From contig CAVYYZ010000011.1 in NCBI GenBank assembly GCA_963772835.1, positions 1 to 64,000 of the forward strand: 64,000 bases of DNA, read 5' to 3'. The stretch is from an uncultured delta proteobacterium. Lineage in GTDB: Bacteria; Desulfobacterota; Desulfuromonadia; Geobacterales; Pseudopelobacteraceae. This document shows, one piece after another, positions 16,999 through 27,589 of the stretch. Position 1 is the first letter of the stretch. The number at the start of each line of letters is the position of its first letter. Position numbers and translations under genes: made by a program. A model generated the notes under the pieces. It was given only the letters and a program-made list of their open reading frames with translations. It did not search any database and was not told the origin of the DNA.

Positions 16999-19491
16999 AT
17001 GACCGATGTTGATACAACTCCTTTCCGAGATGAGAAGCCAACCGCAGACGACCTGCAGCGCTCTTTTCTGCATCATCTGCACTATACACTGGTGAAGGAC
17101 AAGTATTCGGCCACCAAGGCTAATCTTTATCAGGCTCTGGCGTATTCCATTCGGGACGTTCTGGTTAACCGCTGGTTTGATACCCAGCAGTCCTACTATA
17201 TAAACGACGCCAAACGGGTTTACTATATATCGATGGAATTTCTGATGGGGCGCACACTTGGCAACAGCCTGATGAATCTGGGGCTCATGGACGAGTGGAA
17301 TGCCGCTCTCACCCAGATGGACATCGATATTGAAGATCTGCAGGATCAGGAATGGGACGCCGGACTCGGCAATGGCGGACTGGGGCGTCTTGCAGCCTGT
17401 TTTCTTGATTCAATGGCCACTATGAGCCTGCCGGCCTACGGGTATGGTATCCGCTATGAGTACGGCATGTTCTATCAGAAAATTATCGATGGTGCCCAAT
17501 GCGAATTTCCGGACAACTGGCTCCGTTACGGCAACCCGTGGGAGTTTGACCGGCAGGAGCATCTGCATCAGATCAAGTTCCACGGCCGTGTTGAAAGCTA
17601 CCGGGATGAACATGGGGAGCTCCGCTACTCCTGGGTTGATACGACCGACGTTATGGCTCTGGCCTCCGATTTTCCGATTCCCGGCTACGGGAATGAAACA
17701 GTCAACACCATGCGGCTCTGGAGTGCCAAATCGACCCGTGATTTCGAGCTGGGCTCATTTAATCAGGGGAACTACATCGGTGCTGTTGAATCGAAGATGC
17801 GTACCGAAAATATTTCCAAGGTTCTCTATCCGGCCGACCATATGGTCGAGGGGAAGGAGCTGCGCCTGCGTCAGGAGTATTTCCTCTCCTCTGCAACGGT
17901 CCAGGATATTTTCTACCGCTTTGAAAAAAATCATGACAATTTTGCCCGGCTGCCGGAAAAGGTGGCAATTCAGCTGAACGATACCCACCCGTCGCTGGCT
18001 ATTCCGGAACTGATGCGGATTCTGCTTGATGACAAGCGTCTCGGCTGGGATGAGGCATGGATGATCACAGTGAACACCTTTGCCTACACCAATCATACGG
18101 TTCTTCCTGAAGCGCTTGAAAAATGGCCGGTGAAGATGATGGAAAGGATTCTCCCCCGCCATCTGCAGATTATCTATCGCATAAACGAACTCTTCATCCA
18201 GCAGGTTGCCGGCCGTTTCCCGGGTGACACGGAGCGTCTCCGCCGGATGTCTATTGTCGACGAAAATGAAGAGCGGTGTGTACGTATGGCACACCTGGCG
18301 ATCGTCGGCAGCCACTCGATAAATGGCGTTTCGGCCCTGCACAGCGAAATATTGAAAGAGGAGCTGTTTCGCGATTTTTACCAGCTCTGGCCGGAGCGCT
18401 TCAATAATAAAACCAACGGCATCACCCAGAGGCGCTGGCTGAAATACTGTAATCGCGGGTTGGCAGACCTTATTTCATCGAAGATCGGAGAGGGCTGGGT
18501 TACCGATCTGGAAGAGCTGAAGAAACTTATTCCCTTGGCTGAAGATTCTTCCTTCCGGGAGCAGTGGCGTGCGGTCAAACGGGCCAATAAGGTGAGACTG
18601 GCCGACTACATCCGTACCCACAATTGCGTTGAAGTCTCGCCTGATTCGATGTTCGACTGCCAGACGAAGCGCATTCATGAATATAAACGCCAGCTTTTGA
18701 ATGTTCTTCACGTCATCACACGCTACAACCGTATCAAGTCCGACCCGGGAGGCAGTTTTGTCCCGCGAACCGTCATATTCAGCGGCAAGGCGGCCCCCTC
18801 TTATTCTATGGCCAAGCTGATCATTAAGTTGATCAACTCAGTCGCAGCGGTCGTTAACGGTGATCCGGCGGTTAATAAACTGCTGAAGGTCGTCTTCCTC
18901 GGAAATTACAGCGTTTCACTGGCTGAGAAGGTGTTCCCTGCATCCGACCTCTCTGAGCAGATATCCACCGCGGGCACCGAGGCGTCCGGCACCGGAAACA
19001 TGAAGTATGCGTTGAACGGGGCACTGACGATAGGCACTCTGGATGGAGCCAATATTGAGATCATGGAAGAGGTCGGCCGTGATAATATCTTCATTTTCGG
19101 GCTGACAGACGGGCAGGTCACCGGGTTGAAAAAGGCCGGCTACCAGCCGTATGATTTCTATTCCCAGAATCCGGAATTGAAGCTGGCTATTGATATGATC
19201 GGCAACGGCAGTTTTTCGCCTCAGGATCCACATATGTTCAAACAGATTGTCGATACCCTGCTGAAACTCGACCGTTATCTGCTGCTGGCGGATTATTCAT
19301 CCTATATCGCCAGTCAGGACGAGATCGATACGCTGTTCCGGCAGCCGGATAAATGGGCCCGCGTTTCGATCCTTAACACAGCCGCCATGGGCAAGTTTTC
19401 CAGCGACCGGACTGTCGCGGAATATGCCCGTGACATCTGGAATATCACATCTGAAAAAAACACCCGCCATAGCCGGCGGGATCTGGTTTAG
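16999..19491 (+). CDS. glgP: Glycogen/starch phosphorylase
   Basis: GLGNGGLGRLAACFLDS, KRIHEYKRQ, EASGTGNMK (PLP lysine). Confidence 0.97.
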   Translation: MTDVDTTPFRDEKPTADDLQRSFLHHLHYTLVKDKYSATKANLYQALAYSIRDVLVNRWFDTQQSYYINDAKRVYYISMEFLMGRTLGNSLMNLGLMDEWNAALTQMDIDIEDLQDQEWDAGLGNGGLGRLAACFLDSMATMSLPAYGYGIRYEYGMFYQKIIDGAQCEFPDNWLRYGNPWEFDRQEHLHQIKFHGRVESYRDEHGELRYSWVDTTDVMALASDFPIPGYGNETVNTMRLWSAKSTRDFELGSFNQGNYIGAVESKMRTENISKVLYPADHMVEGKELRLRQEYFLSSATVQDIFYRFEKNHDNFARLPEKVAIQLNDTHPSLAIPELMRILLDDKRLGWDEAWMITVNTFAYTNHTVLPEALEKWPVKMMERILPRHLQIIYRINELFIQQVAGRFPGDTERLRRMSIVDENEERCVRMAHLAIVGSHSINGVSALHSEILKEELFRDFYQLWPERFNNKTNGITQRRWLKYCNRGLADLISSKIGEGWVTDLEELKKLIPLAEDSSFREQWRAVKRANKVRLADYIRTHNCVEVSPDSMFDCQTKRIHEYKRQLLNVLHVITRYNRIKSDPGGSFVPRTVIFSGKAAPSYSMAKLIIKLINSVAAVVNGDPAVNKLLKVVFLGNYSVSLAEKVFPASDLSEQISTAGTEASGTGNMKYALNGALTIGTLDGANIEIMEEVGRDNIFIFGLTDGQVTGLKKAGYQPYDFYSQNPELKLAIDMIGNGSFSPQDPHMFKQIVDTLLKLDRYLLLADYSSYIASQDEIDTLFRQPDKWARVSILNTAAMGKFSSDRTVAEYARDIWNITSEKNTRHSRRDLV

Positions 19492-19505
19492 GAACTGCCA
19501 CTGTC

Positions 19506-20864
19506 ATGAATACACCCGATCTCTGGGAGCAAAACTCCTGTAATACCCGGCCGGAATTATCACCGCACGCACCGCTTGCCGAACGAATGCGACCCCGTTC
19601 AGTCGCAGAGTTTTCCGGACAGGATCATCTGGTCGGCGAAGGGCGTATTCTGCGCCGCATGATTGAAACCGATTCTCTTGCATCCCTGATACTATGGGGG
19701 CCGCCCGGTTGCGGCAAGACCACGCTGGCCCACATTATCGCCGCTGAAACCAAATCACACTTTATCTTCTTTTCCGCCATCCTTTCCGGGATCAAGGAGA
19801 TCCGCGAAACATTCCGTGAGGCTGAACGATATTCGGCCCGCGGCATTCGCACGGTTCTGTTTATCGACGAGATCCACCGTTTTAATAAATCCCAGCAGGA
19901 CGCCTTCCTCCCCTATATAGAGAAAGGGGTTGTTACCGTCATCGGTGCCACAACCGAGAATCCCTCGTTTGAAGTTATTGCGCCGTTACTGTCGCGCAGC
20001 CGGGTTCTGACTCTGCAGCAGCTTGAACCGGATACGGTGCGGGGTCTGCTTGTACAGGCGCTGACTGACACCGAACGCGGACTCGGCAACAGTGGTGTCA
20101 CGGCAACAGACGAAGCGTTGGATTTTCTGGCCGTACAGGCGGATGGTGATGCCCGTTCTGCTTTGAATACATTGGAAGTCGCAGCGGGTCTTGCTTCGTT
20201 GCCAGGCAGCAGCCCGGAAGAGGGCGGATGCATAACTCTTGATATTGCCCAGGAGGCGCTCCAGAAAAAGGCGCTGCTCTATGACAAAGGCGGCGAGGAA
20301 CATTACAATGTCATTTCAGCCTTTATCAAGTCGCTACGCGGCAGCGCTCCGGATGCCGCTCTCTACTGGCTTGCCCGTATGCTGGAAGCGGGAGAGGATC
20401 CGATTTTCATCCTGCGCCGCATGATCATCATGGCTTCAGAAGATATCGGCAATGCCGATCCACGTGCACTTCAGGTGGCGGTGTCGGCCCTGCAGGCGTT
20501 TCAGGTCATAGGAATGCCGGAAGGGCGCATCATTCTGGGGCAGGCGGTCACCTATCTTGCCACTGCCCCCAAATCCAACGCTTCGTACGTCGGCATTAAT
20601 TCCGCACTGGCCGAAGTTCGTAAAAGCGGTGCTCTGCCTGTCCCGCTGCACATCCGCAACGCCCCGACGAAATTGATGAAGGAGCAGGGCTACGGAAAAG
20701 GGTACCAGTACGCCCATGATTACGAGGAAGGCTACTCCGGTCAGGAGTGTCTGCCAGAGCGGTTGGCCGGACGAACGTTTTATGAGCCTACGGGTCACGG
20801 GTATGAAAAGAACATAACGGAGCGGATGGAGTGGTTGAAAAAAAGGAAAGATAGGCCGTCATGA
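19506..20864 (+). CDS. rarA: Replication-associated recombination protein A (AAA+)
   Basis: PLAERMRP, GPPGCGKTT, DEIHRFNKSQQD, ASEDIGNADP. Confidence 0.95.
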   Translation: MNTPDLWEQNSCNTRPELSPHAPLAERMRPRSVAEFSGQDHLVGEGRILRRMIETDSLASLILWGPPGCGKTTLAHIIAAETKSHFIFFSAILSGIKEIRETFREAERYSARGIRTVLFIDEIHRFNKSQQDAFLPYIEKGVVTVIGATTENPSFEVIAPLLSRSRVLTLQQLEPDTVRGLLVQALTDTERGLGNSGVTATDEALDFLAVQADGDARSALNTLEVAAGLASLPGSSPEEGGCITLDIAQEALQKKALLYDKGGEEHYNVISAFIKSLRGSAPDAALYWLARMLEAGEDPIFILRRMIIMASEDIGNADPRALQVAVSALQAFQVIGMPEGRIILGQAVTYLATAPKSNASYVGINSALAEVRKSGALPVPLHIRNAPTKLMKEQGYGKGYQYAHDYEEGYSGQECLPERLAGRTFYEPTGHGYEKNITERMEWLKKRKDRPS

Positions 20865-21319
20865 AACCTTTTTCCCTGGAACGCACCCAGATCCTGCCGA
20901 TCTCTCTTGAGACCGCCTGGAGGTTTTTTTCCAACCCGGCCAACCTGGTGAAGATTACGCCGCCCGATATGGAGTTCCGCATCACTTCACCTTTCCAGAA
21001 CGGAATCTACGCCGGTCAGATCATCACGTACACCGTGCGTCCGTTTAAGTGGGGCACCGTCAACTGGACATCCGAAATCACTCACGTGGAGAGCCCCGAT
21101 TTCTTTGTTGACGAGCAGCGTTTTGGGCCGTATCGTTTCTGGCACCATCAGCACCGTTTTCGCGAAGTGACCGGAGGAGTTGAAATACATGATCTTGTCC
21201 ATTACCTGCTTTATCATGACCAATTGGCCGGCCTGATCAACCGCATGTTCGTAGCACCCCGTCTCAGGCGGATTTTTGATTTTCGCCGTGCGGCGCTTAC
21301 CACCATATTCCCTGTGTAA
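20861..21319 (+). CDS. SRPBCC family protein
   Basis: W.FFSNP.NL..ITPP, W.SEI, FVDEQRFGPY.FW.HQH.F. Confidence 0.85.
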   Translation: MKPFSLERTQILPISLETAWRFFSNPANLVKITPPDMEFRITSPFQNGIYAGQIITYTVRPFKWGTVNWTSEITHVESPDFFVDEQRFGPYRFWHHQHRFREVTGGVEIHDLVHYLLYHDQLAGLINRMFVAPRLRRIFDFRRAALTTIFPV

Positions 21320-21388
21320 AGGCCGTCACCGGCGGCATACATTTTTTATGATACGAAAAATTATTCGAACAGATGTGGAGGTTTTACC

Positions 21389-22351
21389 TTGAAACGAATT
21401 GCAATCCTGACCAGCGGGGGCGACTGCTCCGGCATGAATGCCACGATTCGCGCGGCAGCGCGAACCGCTCTCGCCAATGACATCGAAATGATCGGCTACC
21501 GTAAAGGGTACGCCGGTCTCCTCAAAAATGATTTCATCATCCTCAACTCACAGGCCGTTTCCGGAACACTGCAGCGAGGGGGGACCTTTCTGCAGTCGGC
21601 ACGTTCGCCGGAATTCCGCACCGAAGAGGGACGCAGGAAGGCGCTTGATAATCTGCTCAAGGAAAAGGTTGAAGGGTTGATCGTCATCGGTGGTGACGGT
21701 TCGTTGAATGGCGCTCTGGCGCTGGACAGGATGGGGTTCCCGGTGATCGGCATACCGGCCAGCATCGATAATGACATCGCCTATACCGACATGGCTCTGG
21801 GCGTCGACACGGCTCTCAACAATATTATATATGCCGTTGACTGCATCAAGGACACGGCCAGTTCTCATGACCGCGCATTTATTGTCGAAGTCATGGGGCG
21901 TAATTCCGGCTATCTTGCTTCCACCACCGCCATCGCTACCGGTGCAGAGTTTGCCATCGTCCCTGAGGTGGAACTCGACCTTAATGAAATGTGTCACCAG
22001 CTTCGCCAACGCTACGATGAGGGACGGACCAATGCCCTGATAATCATGGCGGAGGGGGCCGGACGGGCTCAGGAAGTTGCCGACGGGATAAAGAATGCGG
22101 TCGGTTTTGAGACCCGTGTAACGGTACTGGGGCATTATCAGAGGGGAGGGGCACCCTCTGTCTTTGACCGCCTGCTGGGGAGCCGTTTTGGTATGAGGTC
22201 GGTGGAACTTCTCAACGCCGGCACAAAAGGCGTCATGGTCGGACTGTCAGCCAATTCACTCACCACAACGCTGCTGGAAATGGTAGTAAATGGCGGGCAG
22301 AAGAAACTCAATGACGACCTGCTGCATATGTCAGAAATACTGGGCATTTAA
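21389..22351 (+). CDS. pfkA: ATP-dependent 6-phosphofructokinase
   Basis: TSGGD.SGMN, IGGDGS, SIDND, EVMGR.SG, LGH.QRGG. Confidence 0.95.
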   Translation: MKRIAILTSGGDCSGMNATIRAAARTALANDIEMIGYRKGYAGLLKNDFIILNSQAVSGTLQRGGTFLQSARSPEFRTEEGRRKALDNLLKEKVEGLIVIGGDGSLNGALALDRMGFPVIGIPASIDNDIAYTDMALGVDTALNNIIYAVDCIKDTASSHDRAFIVEVMGRNSGYLASTTAIATGAEFAIVPEVELDLNEMCHQLRQRYDEGRTNALIIMAEGAGRAQEVADGIKNAVGFETRVTVLGHYQRGGAPSVFDRLLGSRFGMRSVELLNAGTKGVMVGLSANSLTTTLLEMVVNGGQKKLNDDLLHMSEILGI

Positions 22352-23424
22352 TGCGCGCCATATCTCGTTTTCATAAAAAACGCTCCGTCAAAGCCGGTCT
22401 TCCTCCCGGAACGCTGGTACATATCGGGTCTGGATCAGACAAGTCGGTCCAGATCTCTGTCATAGGGTACGGGCCGGACGGAGTCGAGGAACATAATTTC
22501 GATCAGATCGATACATATCTGCAGAATCCCTGTAATAGCGGCGTTATGTGGGTTAATGTCGAAGGTGTGCATGACGTCGAACTGATCCGCATTCTGGGCG
22601 AAAAGCATACGTTCCATCCGCTGGTGCTGGAAGACATCGTCAACACCGTGCAACGACCCAAAATAGAGGATTACGGCGATTATCTCTTCATTGTGCTGAA
22701 GATGCTGCACCCGACGGGGGAGGGTGATTTCAGTTCGGAACAGCTCAGCATCATTCTCGGACCGGACTATCTGTTCACCTTTCAGGAAGGTATTGCCGGC
22801 GATGCCTTCGACCCGGTTCGTGACCGCATCCGGGGAGGGAAGGGGAAAATACGCGGCTTGGGGGCTGATTATCTGGCCTACGCCCTGATTGACGCCATTG
22901 TCGATGGATATTTCGGTATTCTTGAAGGGTTTGGCGAGAGGATTGTCGATGTCGAAGAGGCATTGACACTTTCTCCTGACCAGAAGGCTCTCCATCTGAT
23001 TAACGGAATGAAAAAGGAAATTATTTATCTGCGCAAAACCGTTTGGCCGCTGCGCGAAGCGATCTCTTTTCTGGAGCGGGGCGACAGCCATCTGCTGCAT
23101 GATGCAACCCGGGTATATTTCCGGGATATCTACGATCACACCGTCCAGGTGATCGATACAGTTGAAACCTATCGCGATCTGCTCTCCGGCATGCTTGACC
23201 TTTATCTTTCGAGCATCAGTAACCGTACTAACGAAGTAATGAAGTTTCTCACTGTCATCGGTACGATCTTTATGCCGCTGACCTTTTTGGTAGGTGTTTA
23301 CGGCATGAACTTCAAACACTTTCCTGAGCTGGAGTGGAGGAACGGCTATTTTATCCTCTGGGGAGTAATGGTTGCTGTTGCGCTGGTGATGGTGGCTTAT
23401 TTCAGAAAAAAACGCTGGCTTTAG
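22351..23424 (+). CDS. corA: Magnesium/cobalt transporter CorA
   Basis: GLPPGTL, HPL.LEDI, YGMNF..FPEL.W signature. Confidence 0.95.
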   Translation: MRAISRFHKKRSVKAGLPPGTLVHIGSGSDKSVQISVIGYGPDGVEEHNFDQIDTYLQNPCNSGVMWVNVEGVHDVELIRILGEKHTFHPLVLEDIVNTVQRPKIEDYGDYLFIVLKMLHPTGEGDFSSEQLSIILGPDYLFTFQEGIAGDAFDPVRDRIRGGKGKIRGLGADYLAYALIDAIVDGYFGILEGFGERIVDVEEALTLSPDQKALHLINGMKKEIIYLRKTVWPLREAISFLERGDSHLLHDATRVYFRDIYDHTVQVIDTVETYRDLLSGMLDLYLSSISNRTNEVMKFLTVIGTIFMPLTFLVGVYGMNFKHFPELEWRNGYFILWGVMVAVALVMVAYFRKKRWL

Positions 23425-23508
23425 CACGCCATATGCCGGCTCAGCTGTTTGCGGCAGATACTTTTTTACCGCACGTATCCTGTTTATAAAAGGTCCGGAT
23501 AGATACCG

Positions 23509-23856
23509 ATGACAAAACTTGTACTCAAATGGGCGCTTAATTCATGTGCCCTCTTTATTGTTATGAAACTGGTTCCGGGTATTCAGATCGACCGCTTTCA
23601 GGACCTGTTGCTGGCGACACTGGTTATCGGTCTGTTGAACGCCTTTTTGCGTCCGATCATTATTCTGCTGACTCTGCCGGTGACACTGCTGACGCTCGGT
23701 CTGTTTACCCTTGTGATCAATGGCCTGATGTTCTATCTGGCTGCAAATCTGGTCTCCGGCTTCCACATTACCGGATTTGGAGCTGCTTTTATTGCCGCCC
23801 TCCTCTTCAGTCTGTTCAGCTTTGTGTTGAATATGCTGTTTGGAACAAAACAGTGA
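23509..23856 (+). CDS. Phage-holin-like (YvlD family) 4-TM membrane protein
   Basis: LLNA.LRPI..LLTLP...LTLGLF.LVING. Confidence 0.85.
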   Translation: MTKLVLKWALNSCALFIVMKLVPGIQIDRFQDLLLATLVIGLLNAFLRPIIILLTLPVTLLTLGLFTLVINGLMFYLAANLVSGFHITGFGAAFIAALLFSLFSFVLNMLFGTKQ

Positions 23857-23908
23857 CCACTCCCGGTCTCTACTGCATTCAATCTCTCAACGCCGGGTCA
23901 TATACCCC

Positions 23909-25297
23909 ATGATTCCGTTCGACACCGAACTATTGACGCGAGTGGGACACACGGTCCGCCGGCAGCAGCTTTTCAGGCCGGATGACACGGTGATCGTGGC
24001 GGTCTCCGGAGGCGCAGACTCCTCTGCCCTGCTTGATCTCCTCACCCGGCTTCCCGGTTACAATCTCCAGTTGATTGCCTGCCATCTGAATCACTGCCTG
24101 CGTGGAGAAGAATCCGATGCCGACCAGGAATTCTGCCGGTGTCTGGCATCACACTATTCTATTCCGTTCGAATGGCAGCGCATAGATGTCAGCAGCATGG
24201 CATCAGACCTTCGACTGAACCTTGAGGATGCCGGGCGACGGGCCCGGATAGATTTTTTTGATGTGCTTGTCAGAAAGTATGGAGCGGCCGCAGTGGTGCT
24301 GGCTCATCATGCCGATGATCAGGCTGAAACCGTGTTGATGCGTCTGTTGCGAGGTTCAGGCACGACCGGATTGTCCGGTATGGCATATCGTAATGCGCGT
24401 GGCTATGTCCGGCCGCTGCTGGAAATCACCCGCAGCGAAATCGAACAGTATCTCCGTCATTGCGGACTGGAGTGGCGAGAGGATGCGAGTAACGTCGACA
24501 CAACATTTCTCCGTAATCGTATTCGTCACCAGCTGCTGCCGCTTCTTGAAGAATATAATCCCGCAATCCGTGTGTGTCTCGCCTCAACGGCGTCAATAAT
24601 CAGTGATGATGAAGCCCTGTTGGAGGAACTGACTGCCCGATCCTTTGACGGTTTGTGCCGGGTGGGGGACGGGAGGATTGACTTCAGTGTCAGGCAGCTC
24701 AGCGGGCTTACTATCGCTCTGCGGCGCAGAGTCTTGCGCCGCGCCTTCAAACAGGTAACCGGTACTCTGGCCGGGGTGAACAGGCGGCATATTGATGCGC
24801 TCTGCGATATGATCAGTTCCGATCGTCCCAACACGCGGCTGGCTCTCCCCCACGCTGTCTTGGTAGTGAGGGCATATGACCGGCTGGTATGGATGCATCC
24901 GGGCGATACCGGGCCTGATACCGGTTTCGAACTGGCGATACCCGCACCAGGCTGCTATAAGCTCCCCCGCGGCGGCACTTTGTCAGTGGATTCAGCCGTC
25001 CCGGCACTGTTTCCGGCAGACCGGAACATCGCCTGTTTCGATCTCGCCAGGTTTCCGTTCCCCTGGCTGGTCCGTACCTTCCGCCACGGCGACCGTATGG
25101 TGCCGTTCGGCATGTGTGGCAGGAAAAAGGTGAAGGATATTTTCATTGACCGGAAGATTCCGGCTTCTGAACGCACCGCTATTCCACTCCTTTTTTGTGG
25201 CGACGATCTGATCTGGATTGCGGGTCTCTGTATTTCTGAATCATGCAGGATCGACGCCCCGTCGGCAGCGACGGTTCAGGTGACGTGGAAGGTATGA
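23909..25297 (+). CDS. tilS: tRNA(Ile)-lysidine synthetase
   Basis: SGGADS PP-loop, AHHADDQAET.L.RL.RGSG, RPLL, RNRIRH. Confidence 0.95.
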   Translation: MIPFDTELLTRVGHTVRRQQLFRPDDTVIVAVSGGADSSALLDLLTRLPGYNLQLIACHLNHCLRGEESDADQEFCRCLASHYSIPFEWQRIDVSSMASDLRLNLEDAGRRARIDFFDVLVRKYGAAAVVLAHHADDQAETVLMRLLRGSGTTGLSGMAYRNARGYVRPLLEITRSEIEQYLRHCGLEWREDASNVDTTFLRNRIRHQLLPLLEEYNPAIRVCLASTASIISDDEALLEELTARSFDGLCRVGDGRIDFSVRQLSGLTIALRRRVLRRAFKQVTGTLAGVNRRHIDALCDMISSDRPNTRLALPHAVLVVRAYDRLVWMHPGDTGPDTGFELAIPAPGCYKLPRGGTLSVDSAVPALFPADRNIACFDLARFPFPWLVRTFRHGDRMVPFGMCGRKKVKDIFIDRKIPASERTAIPLLFCGDDLIWIAGLCISESCRIDAPSAATVQVTWKV

Positions 25298-25396
25298 GTC
25301 AGAAAATTTTCCCGGATGGTGATTGTCTCTCCTGTATTGGCGTGTTATAATAAAAAAGTTGGCATGTTGAGTATGGGTTTACCCACAAAGGACCAT

Positions 25397-27337
25397 ATGC
25401 ACAAATTTGTATTTTCACACATTCCGATGCGCATGCAGCTGATTGTACTGGCAATTCTGCTGACGCTGCCGGCCCTGGGGATTATCGTCTATGCAGGCAT
25501 CAAAGAGCGCAACGACGACTATCGCAAGGCGGTCGTCGAATCCCAGAAGCTTGCCGACAACCTTGCTGCAGAACAGGAAAAGCTGGTGAGCGAAGCCCGT
25601 CAATTGAGCGGATTACTGGCCGATCTGCCGGATGTGACCAATCGAAATGCTGACAAGCTTCAGACGGTAATCAGCAGTACTCTTAAAAAAAATCCCCAGT
25701 TTAAAAACATTCTCATCACAGATGAAAACGGTACGGTCTGGGTCTCGGGCATTCCCTTCAAACGCCCGCTGTCTCAGAGTGAAAGACGGTACTTCATGAA
25801 TGCACGGGCAACCGGGCGCTTTTCATCGGGCGAGTATATGGTCAGTTCCATCACACAAGAGCCTACCATCGCCATGGCATATCCTCTCATTGGTCAAGGT
25901 GTCTTTCGCGGTGTTGTGATGATCAGTTTCGACCTGGATGTTTTTAAAGCGATCCTGAAACGCTCCCAGTTACCGTTCGATTCCAATTATATCCTGGTCG
26001 ACCATAACGGAATAATTGTCACCCGGGGCAAAGGCTCAGGCCGGGATGTCGGCGAGTCGATGCTTTCGGAAGAGCTGAAAAAAATGGAGGCGGGACCCGA
26101 TCGTGCCACCATCGAATTTGTTCGTGACGATGGTGACCGGCGTGTTACGACATATCGCAAGTTGCGCCTTCCCGGTGAACAGACTCCTTACATGTACGTG
26201 CGAGGAGGAATATCGATCAAGGAGGCTGTTGCCAGGGCAAACCGGCAGCTGCTGCATAATATCGGAATAATGGTGCCGTTTGTCGCGTTTGCCCTGCTTC
26301 TTGCCATTTTAATCGGCAAACGTTCCATCGTGGATCGCGTTAAACGACTGCAGAGTGCTTCACAGAAAATAGCCGCCGGCGATTTAAAGGCACGGGTCGG
26401 TGATCAAGCGGGGGGTGAACTTGGCGAACTGGGGCACTCATTTGACGAGATGGCGCTCACTCTTGAAAAAAATATGGATGAGCTGAATCAGTCACATCGG
26501 ATGCTGAGTGAAAAGGCGATCCTGCTGGAGAGTGAGATTGCCGAACGACAGGTTGCACAAGAGGATCTGGCAGACAAACAGTGCATGCTTGAATCCCTGA
26601 ACAGGAACCTTGAGTCGCGCATTGAAGCTGCGGTTCATGAATTGCGCCAGAAGGACCAGGCCCTCATTCAGCAGAACCGGCTTGCGTCCATGGGTGAAAT
26701 GATTAACAACATCGCCCACCAGTGGCGACAGCCGCTTAATCTGATCAGCCTCATCGCTCAGGGGCTTCCCGCGTGCAAGGATATGTCGCAGGCAGAGCTG
26801 GATCATGAAGTCGAGCAGATCATGAACGTCATCATGTATATGTCTCAAACCATCGACGATTTCCGAAGTTTTTTCCGTCAGGACAAGGAAAAGAGTCTCT
26901 TTTCCGCCAATCAGGCGGTAACAAATGCGGTGAATTTTATCAGGCCCAGTCTGGACGGCAAGGGTATCGACATATCCATCTCTGAAGAATCAGAGGTGGA
27001 CGTGTTTGGTTACAGTAATGAATATTCCCAGGTACTGCTCAATATTCTGAGCAATGCACGGGATGTGCTGGTGGAGAGGAACATCACAGAGCCGCGCATC
27101 GACATTGCCGTCTCCCGTGCAGACGGCCGTTCCGTTGTTTCAATCAGTGACAATGGAGGTGGTATACGCACGGATGTCATGCCTATGATATTCGATCCGT
27201 ATTTTACGACCAAAGAAAAGACGCAGGGCACCGGCATTGGTTTGTACATGTCTAAAATAATTATTGTGCAGAATATGGGGGGAAGATTGACCGCCCGGAA
27301 CGTTGACGACGGCGTTGCATTCTGTATTGAAGTGTAG
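25397..27337 (+). CDS. Cache/HAMP sensor histidine kinase
   Basis: Two TM helices around Cache-like domain, HAMP, IAHQWRQPL H-box, DNGGG, FTTK..QGTGIGL. Confidence 0.9.
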   Translation: MHKFVFSHIPMRMQLIVLAILLTLPALGIIVYAGIKERNDDYRKAVVESQKLADNLAAEQEKLVSEARQLSGLLADLPDVTNRNADKLQTVISSTLKKNPQFKNILITDENGTVWVSGIPFKRPLSQSERRYFMNARATGRFSSGEYMVSSITQEPTIAMAYPLIGQGVFRGVVMISFDLDVFKAILKRSQLPFDSNYILVDHNGIIVTRGKGSGRDVGESMLSEELKKMEAGPDRATIEFVRDDGDRRVTTYRKLRLPGEQTPYMYVRGGISIKEAVARANRQLLHNIGIMVPFVAFALLLAILIGKRSIVDRVKRLQSASQKIAAGDLKARVGDQAGGELGELGHSFDEMALTLEKNMDELNQSHRMLSEKAILLESEIAERQVAQEDLADKQCMLESLNRNLESRIEAAVHELRQKDQALIQQNRLASMGEMINNIAHQWRQPLNLISLIAQGLPACKDMSQAELDHEVEQIMNVIMYMSQTIDDFRSFFRQDKEKSLFSANQAVTNAVNFIRPSLDGKGIDISISEESEVDVFGYSNEYSQVLLNILSNARDVLVERNITEPRIDIAVSRADGRSVVSISDNGGGIRTDVMPMIFDPYFTTKEKTQGTGIGLYMSKIIIVQNMGGRLTARNVDDGVAFCIEV

Positions 27338-27511
27338 GCAGCATATGTTCAGAAAGCCTGCCCGTGTGACCTGGCAACAGTTCAGATCTCATGTCAGGGC
27401 ATCTGACGCCCGTTCAGGATTAGCTGACAGCTGCCGGGATGGAAATGAGATTTGCATCAATCTGAGCGGTAGAATATGCCGCTTTCAAAAGATGCCGATC
27501 CGCAATTCAGC

Positions 27512-27540
27512 TTGTCAACCTCCCCCCGGTATGCTAGTTT
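27512..27540 (+). promoter_or_regulatory. Putative sigma70 promoter of ftsH
   Basis: TTGTCA-N17-TAGTTT with extended -10 TG. Confidence 0.45.
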
Positions 27541-27589
27541 TACAAAATTTTCAACGCCACAGATATGCACATTTACTCGGGGGTTTACT

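Noticed and set aside
22435..23427. 330-aa antisense ORF over corA
   Set aside because: Shadow frame of a conserved gene with no motif; likewise other long antisense ORFs (50398-51060, 59679-60449, 60456-61109)
23509..23856. Holin as evidence of a prophage
   Set aside because: YvlD-type membrane protein in housekeeping context with no phage genes around
27380..27460. Structured RNA in the kinase-ftsH spacer
   Set aside because: Only short imperfect stems (CAGATCTCAT/ATGAGATTTG, GTCAG/CTGAC), compatible with chance
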